Shown: in pieces, positions 26,957-34,600 of the stretch | How positions within the stretch are numbered: the stretch's first letter is position 1 | Layout of the letters: each line of letters starts with the position of its first letter | Virus record (IMG/VR): IMGVR_UViG_3300012827_000001 | Coordinates: 19,980 to 83,979 of that record | Direction: 5' to 3' (one strand) | DNA length: 64,000 bases | DNA from: a virus | Lineage: Duplodnaviria > Caudoviricetes | The notes under the pieces: generated by a model | Database searches by the model: none | Told to the model about the DNA's origin: nothing | Seen by the model: the letters and a program-made list of their open reading frames with translations, nothing else | Made by a program: the position numbers and the translations under genes

Positions 26957-27177
26957 GCGCACGAGCGAAGCGGGCCGCTGGCTGGCGGGTCGACGCGGAG
27001 CTGGCCGACTTGGAGGTCCACGTCCGCCCGGTGGGCGACGCGATCACGCATGACTTCCACCCGGACTGCCTGTGCGGCCCCATGCCCGAGCCGCACATCA
27101 ACTCGGTCGACGACGTCGTGTGGATCTACACACATCACTCCTTGGATGGGCGCGAGAAGCGGGAGCGTGCGCGATGA
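26953..27177 (+). CDS. Hypothetical protein
   Basis: 74 aa coupled; H..DCLCGP..HHSLDGRE. Confidence 0.6.
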   Translation: MSARAKRAAGWRVDAELADLEVHVRPVGDAITHDFHPDCLCGPMPEPHINSVDDVVWIYTHHSLDGREKRERAR

Positions 27178-27455
27178 CTGAGGACCCGATGGCTGCGGCG
27201 GTCGTCCGGCAGCGCAGGCGCGTCGTGGCAGCCATCCTTGGGCATGTGGAGCGCGAGATCGTCCCGCTCCTGCCGGCCGGCAGCCGTGATGCCGCCTACC
27301 AGGATCTGCGCCAGAAGGTGTTGACGTCGACTGCGGCGTACCAGGACTTCATGCTTGATGCGATACGTGGGGCCACGCAGGGCGTGTGGGTGTCCGATGA
27401 TGTGCTGGAGATGCTTGCGGACATCTCGTCCCAGCTCCGCAACCAGGAGACCTGA
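27174..27455 (+). CDS. Hypothetical protein
   Basis: ATGA coupling, 93 aa. Confidence 0.6.
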   Translation: MTEDPMAAAVVRQRRRVVAAILGHVEREIVPLLPAGSRDAAYQDLRQKVLTSTAAYQDFMLDAIRGATQGVWVSDDVLEMLADISSQLRNQET

Positions 27456-28216
27456 TGGCCACCCCGCCGCGGTTGATCCGGCGGATCCCGATCTCCGACA
27501 CGGGCTTGTTCCTGACGGTGTGGGTGCGATCCACCTCGAACAGCGGTGTGTTCGGCGCTTTGAACGAGCGGGCGTCAGCCGACCAGTGGCCGCGGATCTT
27601 GGCGTTCCTGTCGCGCTACTACGAGGCGATGGCGAACGAGATTAACGACCTTGCGGTGTCGGAGTTCGAGAAGACCCGCCGGCGGGGGTGGGTTGCGACG
27701 AACCGTCTGAAGGCAGCGCTGACGGATGAGCGGAACATGTTCATCCCGGGGTCGAAGGACGCGCTCTACGTGGGCGTGCCGGGGTTCCTTGACAACTCGC
27801 AGGCCAAGTACTGGCGCCAGATCGAGGAGGGCTCGCGGGTTCACGTCGGCCGTCTCATCCACGGCGTCTGGGGGTCGAAGCTGTCAGGCGGGTGGGCACA
27901 GGGACGCACGGGACGTTACGCCCTAGCGTCGTCCCCGTACTCGCCGCACGGCAAGGGGTCGGGGCAGAAGTTCCAACCCCTGTCGACGATGGAGGGCACG
28001 CTCTCCGAGGTCAGGCGCAAGCACCCGGGGATGTCGACCGAGGCGCGCATCGGCAGGGCCATCCCGAAGTCGGACTACTACACGAAGGCGTGGGAGCAGT
28101 TCCGGCGCACGAACCGGCCGCTGCAGCTGCTCCGTGCAGCGTTCACGCAGCAGTTCGGGCTGAAGGCTCCGACGTCATACGAGGGCCTCATGAACGGCAT
28201 CCTTGACAACACCTAG
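27455..28216 (+). CDS. Hypothetical (neck/tail completion?) protein
   Basis: TGATG coupling, basic 253 aa. Confidence 0.6.
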   Translation: MATPPRLIRRIPISDTGLFLTVWVRSTSNSGVFGALNERASADQWPRILAFLSRYYEAMANEINDLAVSEFEKTRRRGWVATNRLKAALTDERNMFIPGSKDALYVGVPGFLDNSQAKYWRQIEEGSRVHVGRLIHGVWGSKLSGGWAQGRTGRYALASSPYSPHGKGSGQKFQPLSTMEGTLSEVRRKHPGMSTEARIGRAIPKSDYYTKAWEQFRRTNRPLQLLRAAFTQQFGLKAPTSYEGLMNGILDNT

Positions 28217-28822
28217 CTCGATGGCCTTGGTGAGGTCGGCGCAGGACTGTGCGTAGGCGGCTCGATAGAGGGTGACCCACGCCTGGAGCTTCTTGCCCCG
28301 CAGTTGGTCCACTTGGGCGTGGGTCATGGTCTCCATCCTTGCGGTCCCTAGCTCGCCCTCTGGCAGGCTGGGGATGAACTTCAGGCCCTTCAGGACCTCC
28401 GCTGCCTCCCGGAGGATGGGGATCCATGTCCCGTCGATCAACCAGCCCATCCGCCAGGGCAGATCGACGGGGTCAAGGCCGCCCAGCCAGGGGTCGGCGC
28501 CTTTAGGCCCGGTGGCCATCAGATCCTTCAGTGCAAGTGGGGCGCGGCGGAGCAAGTTGATCATTTCGCGGTCGTGGCGCAGGTTGACGATGCGGGTCAC
28601 CACCTTCTGGCGAGCGACCCAGAGGGCTTGGTGCACATCCCGACCGTTCCAGGTCGGCTGAAGCGCCTCCGGGCAGGCGATGCCAGCCTCAACGCCCCAC
28701 CCGGTGCAGGTCCGGTAGTCCCAGGCGATCTGGTCGGGCTCGTGCAGCCAGTCCATCGCCCGGCCCATGCCCCAGGCGTACACCTCTTCCTGGGTGGCGT
28801 AGGGGTTGTCGATCGTCGGCAT
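28175..28822 (-). CDS. Hypothetical Trp-rich protein, antisense to structural operon
   Basis: Fills the 28217-28960 gap; start uncertain (track start 28894). Confidence 0.6.
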   Translation of the reverse strand: MPTIDNPYATQEEVYAWGMGRAMDWLHEPDQIAWDYRTCTGWGVEAGIACPEALQPTWNGRDVHQALWVARQKVVTRIVNLRHDREMINLLRRAPLALKDLMATGPKGADPWLGGLDPVDLPWRMGWLIDGTWIPILREAAEVLKGLKFIPSLPEGELGTARMETMTHAQVDQLRGKKLQAWVTLYRAAYAQSCADLTKAIELGVVKDAVHEALV

Positions 28823-28865
28823 GTGCTCATGGTGCCTCTGGCGGCGCACGAGGTCCAGGTCCAGC

Positions 28866-28887
28866 GATTCCTGCGCCCGCAGAGATG
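28866..28887. promoter_or_regulatory. 22-bp palindromic operator-like site
   Basis: GATTCCTGC GCCC GCAGAGATG. Confidence 0.55.
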
Positions 28888-28895
28888 TTGGCACT

Positions 28896-28903
28896 GTCGA
28901 GTG
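28896..28903 (+). promoter_or_regulatory. Candidate late promoter element GTCGAGTG
   Basis: Exact octamer upstream of major tail gene. Confidence 0.55.
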
Positions 28904-28963
28904 ATGCCTCTGATGGGGCCACTAGACGCTGCGCCCCTTGGACTCATCTAGGAGGGCGATCTA

Positions 28964-30466
28964 GTGGCGATCAAGGCCGGATCCATGATTACCGCCGGGA
29001 ACGGCCAGGCGCTCATCGAGCGTCTGCAGTCCGGCGGCCCTGGGACGCTGAACATCCCCAAGGAGAAGATCTACGAGCTCGGCAACTACGAGTCGGTTGC
29101 GACCGTCTACGACACGCCCGAGCTGACGTTCACACTGGAGTCGTTCGACGTCTCCACGGACACCGAGCAGATGCTCGTGGACGCGACCACGGCTGATGTG
29201 CTGACGAACGGCATCGACCTGGCTGCCGCCAAGTCGCTCAACATCGCGCAGAACTTCAAGCCGGGCAAGAAGCTCGCGAACCCGTACGTTGCGGCGAACG
29301 GTGTCGCGATCCCGGCGCTGATGATCGAGAGCGCTTCGTACCGTTTTGGTCTGCGCGAGAACGCGACCGAGACGTTCACACTGCGCGGCGACTCGATCTA
29401 CTACTGCCCCGGCGCGGTGTACGTCGACCAGTACACGGGTACGAACACGCCCGGCCAGACGGTCGTCACGACGCACCCGGGCTACCCGTACACGGACTCG
29501 AACGGCACGCGGCGCATTCTGGCCGTGACGGTTGGGACGAAGCGACTCACCGAGGGCCCTGACTTCACGGTGACCTACGGCACCATCACCGCTGACGCGG
29601 CCATCGCGACGGTGACGGTGACTGAGGCGGTCCCGGTGACCGACACGATTCGCGTGATGTACCACTCGCCGGACACGATCACGTACCCGCAGGAGATCCA
29701 CACTCCGGCGACGCTGAAGCCGGCGGCCGTCAAGGGCAAGGACATCGACATCTACGTCGGTGGCTATGACCCGGAGGACCCGGCGGCCTCGGCGGCGAAC
29801 AAGCTCACGGGTGTCCAGGATGTGACGCTGGAGTGGCGGGTGACGCAGGAGGAAGAGCGCGAGTTCGGCAACCCGAACGCAGTCTCGCGTGACTTCGACG
29901 TCCCGACGGTGAACGGCACGATCGGGATCCTTCCGCGTGACGTCCCGGACCTGTACTCGAAGCTCCGCAAGATCACGGGTGTCTCCTCGACGACGGCTGC
30001 GATCGGCCCGGACCTGGCGGCACTGCTTCCGCTGGACATCATCATCAAGGACGCGGAGTCCGGTGGGACCACGCTCAAGCGGTTCCACGTGCCGGACGTT
30101 CGGTTCTCTCTGCCTGGTTACGCCCCGCGAGTCGAGCAGAACGTCACGCTGTCGCTGGAGTGGGAGTCCGACACGGGCGCCCTGACCATCCACCGCGACC
30201 TGGGCGACCCGGTCGTGACGGGTCTTGACCCGGCGACCGACGACGAGGCCGGCGGTGCGGAGGTCGTCATCACGGGTGCGAACTTTGTCGGCGTGACGGC
30301 TGTGGCGTTCGGTGCGGTCCCGGCGACGTCGTACACGGTGGACAACCACCGCCAGATCACGGCCATCGCCCCGGCGGGCACGGGCACGGTCGACGTCACC
30401 GTGACGACCGCGGCCGGCACCTCGGTCGCGAGCGACGACTCGGAGTTCGTCTACACCGACGACTGA
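28964..30466 (+). CDS. Major tail protein with C-terminal IPT/TIG domain
   Basis: 500 aa before chaperone and tape measure; PVVTGLDP...VVITGANF...QITAIAPAGTGTVDVTVTT. Confidence 0.8.
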   Translation: MAIKAGSMITAGNGQALIERLQSGGPGTLNIPKEKIYELGNYESVATVYDTPELTFTLESFDVSTDTEQMLVDATTADVLTNGIDLAAAKSLNIAQNFKPGKKLANPYVAANGVAIPALMIESASYRFGLRENATETFTLRGDSIYYCPGAVYVDQYTGTNTPGQTVVTTHPGYPYTDSNGTRRILAVTVGTKRLTEGPDFTVTYGTITADAAIATVTVTEAVPVTDTIRVMYHSPDTITYPQEIHTPATLKPAAVKGKDIDIYVGGYDPEDPAASAANKLTGVQDVTLEWRVTQEEEREFGNPNAVSRDFDVPTVNGTIGILPRDVPDLYSKLRKITGVSSTTAAIGPDLAALLPLDIIIKDAESGGTTLKRFHVPDVRFSLPGYAPRVEQNVTLSLEWESDTGALTIHRDLGDPVVTGLDPATDDEAGGAEVVITGANFVGVTAVAFGAVPATSYTVDNHRQITAIAPAGTGTVDVTVTTAAGTSVASDDSEFVYTDD

Positions 30467-30510
30467 TCCGCTCGTCCCGCTTGTTCAGCGGGAGGGCCAC
30501 CCAGAGGCCG

Positions 30511-30518
30511 GTCGAGTG
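30511..30518 (+). promoter_or_regulatory. Candidate late promoter element GTCGAGTG
   Basis: Exact octamer after hairpin 30468-30497; continues CTCCTCGTGAAG. Confidence 0.6.
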
Positions 30519-30590
30519 CTCCTCGTGAAGAGGGGCCTCGACCGGCCTCTGTTCTTTGGACTGGGGCAGTACCGGGATTGGGAGGGCCTG

Positions 30591-31424
30591 ATGGCCAAGA
30601 CGTTGCAGCGCATCCAGAGGTTGTTCCAGCGGGGCGAGGTTCTGCGACTTGGCGACGACGTCGTCGTGTGGGTCGGCAAGCTGAACGCCTTCGAGAAGGA
30701 TGAGGCGCTGAAGGACGCCCGGCACGCGCGCGCGCTGCGGATGGTGGCGTTCGACCGGGACGAGGACCAGCAGGTGCAGGTCCAGGTGGTCCTGAACGAG
30801 TCGACGGATCGCGACCTGCAGGAGTCGCTGCTGCAGCGCAAGGCTGGCGAGCTTCTCGTCAGGGCGGACGACGAGGTCCGTGCGGACGAGAAGTGGAAGG
30901 AGCGCCTGGAGATCCTGGATCGCGCCCCTGTCGCAGATGACGGGCGGACGTCGGAGCAGGAGCAGAAGGTGCTGCTGGATCTCGTCGTGGAGTACGAGAA
31001 GGCCGTGAGCGTCCTGCACCAGCGGTTCATGCGAGACGAGCTCCAGGACCTGAAGAAGCAGTCCAGGGACGAGCTGGAGAAGGCGTACCTGGTTGCGTGG
31101 CGGGAGATGCTCGGCAACACCGCGTTCTACGAGGCGAAGCGTCAGAGCGAGCTGTGGTATTCGCTGCACGAGTGCACGGTGTCGTTTGACGAGGACGGCG
31201 ATCCGCTGATGGAGACGCTTGTCGTGGGTGAGCGCCTGTGTGAAGGGCGCGAGGAGGTGAACACCCTCCCGGACGAGGTTGTCGTGAAGGCGTTGCGCGT
31301 GCTGGACGGCGAGATGACACCGCGTGAAGCGGGAAACTCGGACGCTCCGTCGGCTTCCTCCGGGTCGTCGGAGCAGCGAAGCGCGGCGGAGGAATCAGTT
31401 CCCTCTACCCCGACGGGGATGTGA
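30591..31424 (+). CDS. Tail assembly chaperone (G)
   Basis: GGAGGG RBS; acidic helical; between major tail and tape measure; contains slippery site. Confidence 0.75.
   Translation: MAKTLQRIQRLFQRGEVLRLGDDVVVWVGKLNAFEKDEALKDARHARALRMVAFDRDEDQQVQVQVVLNESTDRDLQESLLQRKAGELLVRADDEVRADEKWKERLEILDRAPVADDGRTSEQEQKVLLDLVVEYEKAVSVLHQRFMRDELQDLKKQSRDELEKAYLVAWREMLGNTAFYEAKRQSELWYSLHECTVSFDEDGDPLMETLVVGERLCEGREEVNTLPDEVVVKALRVLDGEMTPREAGNSDAPSASSGSSEQRSAAEESVPSTPTGM
31331..31337 (+). other. Programmed -1 ribosomal frameshift site G GGA AAC
   Basis: X XXY YYZ in frame; -1 frame is open from 31331 into ORF 31421-31666. Confidence 0.8.
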
Positions 31425-31666
31425 CGAAGGCCGGCTGGGACCTTATCGAGGCGGTCACCGCGGCGATGGGGGTGCTTGGCTGGTTCGAGCTCCCTGAGGA
31501 CGAGTTGCCGCCGGAGAAGTACTGGCATTCCACCGAGTTGGTGGAGGAGTGGTTCGAGGCCGTAAAGCGTCGCAGGCAGGACCGCGCCAAGGGTATCGAG
31601 TCGATCGAGATGCCTGAGGGTGAGGACGACTACGTGGATGACGAGGTCGCTGCTCTGCGTGGCTGA
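31421..31666 (+). CDS. Tail assembly chaperone C-terminal part (T of G-T fusion)
   Basis: In -1 frame of slippery site; LPEDELPPEKYWH motif. Confidence 0.75.
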   Translation: MTKAGWDLIEAVTAAMGVLGWFELPEDELPPEKYWHSTELVEEWFEAVKRRRQDRAKGIESIEMPEGEDDYVDDEVAALRG

Positions 31667-31686
31667 CGGGGAACGGGGGTGGCATC

Positions 31687-34600
31687 TTGGCTGAGGCTGA
31701 AGACGTCTACAAGGTCGGAATCGAGTACCAGGGCGGCGCCGCCGTCAACAGTTTCGGCACCGACATGGACAAGGTCCAGCTCTCCGTTCAGGAGATGTTG
31801 GCCGGCCTCGGCAATTTGGGCGTCGACCAGAACCTTCTTCGGCGCAACGCCCAGCGTGCTGTCAACACTCTCAACACCGAGCTCAACCGGGCGATGGCGA
31901 GCGCCCAGAACCACGGCGGCGCCCAGCTTCCGGCGAACCTGGGTAGCCGGTTCGCGATGGCCGCAGGCATTCCGGAGCGCAACAACCGGCAGTTCGCCAC
32001 GATGGCGTCGGCGGCGGAGCGGTACGCCCAGTCCATCATCCGCGCCGCGACGACGACGACGAACGCTTTCGGGCAGCGAACCCAGATGGATCCGCTGCGG
32101 CCGTTCCGCGAGGGGATCGTCCAGGCCGACCTGCAGACTGGACGGCTGAGCCGTTCCATTTCCGAGCTTCAGGCGAAGCAGGTCGCTCTCTCCCGGGTGC
32201 GCACCCCGCTGGAGAAGGACGTCAACACCCTCTCGCGGGCGAACCTTCAGCCGGAGACGAAGCAGATCCTGGCGCGGTCGTGGTCGGCTTCTGTCGCACC
32301 CGAGATCGCACGCGTTACGCCTCCGCGCCCGGCGCCGCAGCTCGATTCGGATGCTTTCCGGCTGGATGTCGCTCGCGCCCTGGCGGCCCCGCGGTCAGAC
32401 GCAGAGCGCGCGATGGGTGCCACCTGGCCCCGTCAGCGGGCCCAGGATGTTGCGGGCTCCTTCGGGTTCGAGAACACGCAGCAGCTCAATGCGTTTGCCC
32501 GCGCGAACCAGGACGTCGTTGTCGCGGCTCGCGAGGAGGTGCGGGCCCGCCAGGCGGCCATCGCGGCACTTCATGCCGAGCAGCGCGCCAGGGCGACCGT
32601 GCAGCCGGGACGCTACTACCAGGGTGGCGGGCGGACCGGTGCGGCATGGGACTTTTCGCTTGACCCGTCGGCGGCCGACCGGCAGAACTTTGCATTCGGG
32701 TCGTACCAGGCGAACATGCCTGCTTCGCTGCGTGCGACGAGCCAGGCTATCCGTGAGGGTCAGCGTCTGGCGCTGGACGACTTCTCCAAGAGCCTTCCCC
32801 GCGGAGAGTCTGTTCGCCTCGGCTCCGCAAGCGCCGGCCGCATGCAGCAGGCATACGCCTTCGGGAGTTACCGGGAGAACATCGAGTACAGCCGACTCCT
32901 GCGTCAGGCTGGTGCTGACACCCCGGTCCTGAATGGTCTTGTTCGCTCGGGCGACTCTGTCCGCCTTGGCTCCACGCGTGCCGCACGCATGGAGCAGCAG
33001 TACAACTATGGCGGCTACCGGGAGAACATCGCGGCAGCCAGGGCCGCTCGGCGGGTTCCCTTCCGTGAGTCGTTCATGACCGGGTGGGGCTCGTCGGACG
33101 AGAAGCCGTTCGGGCAGATGGTGGGCCAGACGGCCCGCATCTCCCTGTTCTACGGTGTTGCGTATCGCGCACTCTCGACGCTGCAGCAGGTCCTCTCCGA
33201 GACTGTTACTGAGACCCTCGCCTACGAGGACGCACTCACCAACCTGAACCTGGTGACGAACCGGAGTCGGGAGTCGTCCGCTGCTCTGGCGTCGACGCTG
33301 ACCGACATTGCTGCTAGCGCAGGTTTCACGTCATCGCAGGGTGTCGAGCTCGGGGCTCGCGCCGTGGGCCTGTACGGTGTCGCGTCCGCCGACGCGGCGA
33401 CGCAGGAGCGCGCGATCGAGGTGTCGGCGCAGGTTGCAACCCGCATGGCCCGAGTCTCCGGCGGCGACCCGATCGCCACGCAGACCCAGCTCGCCGGCGC
33501 TCTGCGCTCGCTGGGCTGGGGGATCGAGCGACTCCCCGAGCTTGAGGACACGATCTCCTACCTGTCCCGCCAGACGGGCCAGTCGCCGGCGGAGCTCCTC
33601 GGGGCGTTCTCGAACGTCCAGACCTTGGCCTCGCAGGGCGGGTTCACCCCGCAGCAGACGGCTGCCATCCTCGCGCAGGTCGCGACGACGACGGGCCAGA
33701 ACCCTGAGGCCACGGCGGGCCAGTTCCGCCAGCTCTTCTCCCGTGGCGCTGACACGATCGCCCCTCGCGCGAGTGAGATCACCGGCGTCGACATGACGGG
33801 GATGGATCTCCAGCAGATCTTCGCCACGGTCTCCCAGCTCAACCTGTCTGCCAACCAGCTCAACCAGTTCGCGTCGCTCTTCGGCAAGGGCGGGTCTCAG
33901 CAGGTCGCCACCATCCTCACTCAGCAGTACGGGGCCGTCCAGGGCCTGGTGACGGGCGCAGAGGGCGCCCAGGGCTTCGGTCAGGACGCTTTCGACCGTG
34001 TGATGGAGTCCATCGGGAACCGTCTGCGCGTCCTCGGGTCGACGGCCGCTGAGTTCAGCGTCAACCTCGTCGAGACGGGCATCCTTGACTGGTTCGCCCT
34101 GGTGGTGGTGGCGGCGCAGAACCTCGTCGACATCGGCAACAACGTCCTGGAGCTCTTCAACTCGCTGCCTCGCCCGCTGCGGGCTGTGGCGCTGGCCCTG
34201 GGCGAGGTGTACGCGGCTGCGTTGATCGCACAGCGCATGGGTTGGACGACTGCAGGGGCTCACGCCGCCGAGGGCTTGGCCCGGCCCTGGACAAGGGCTG
34301 CGACTCGTGTCCTGGCGGCCCCTGGGCAGATCTGGCGGGGCCTGAACGAGCCGATGACACGCGCTGGCGCGGTCCAGTTGCGGGGGCAGATCGGTGAGGC
34401 CCTGCGTGGGGTGCTCGCTGCTGGGGGCCCCCTGAAGCTCCCTGCGGGTCAGGTGCAGTCCGGTGTGCTTGGGCGCGTGCCCGGCCTGGGCCGACTGACG
34501 GGTCTGGGCACCTTGGGCGCTGTCGGCCTTGCGGCGGCCGGGGTGTATGGGGTTGGTACCGCGATCGGCAACACGATGCGCGGCGACACCTTGGTGCAGG

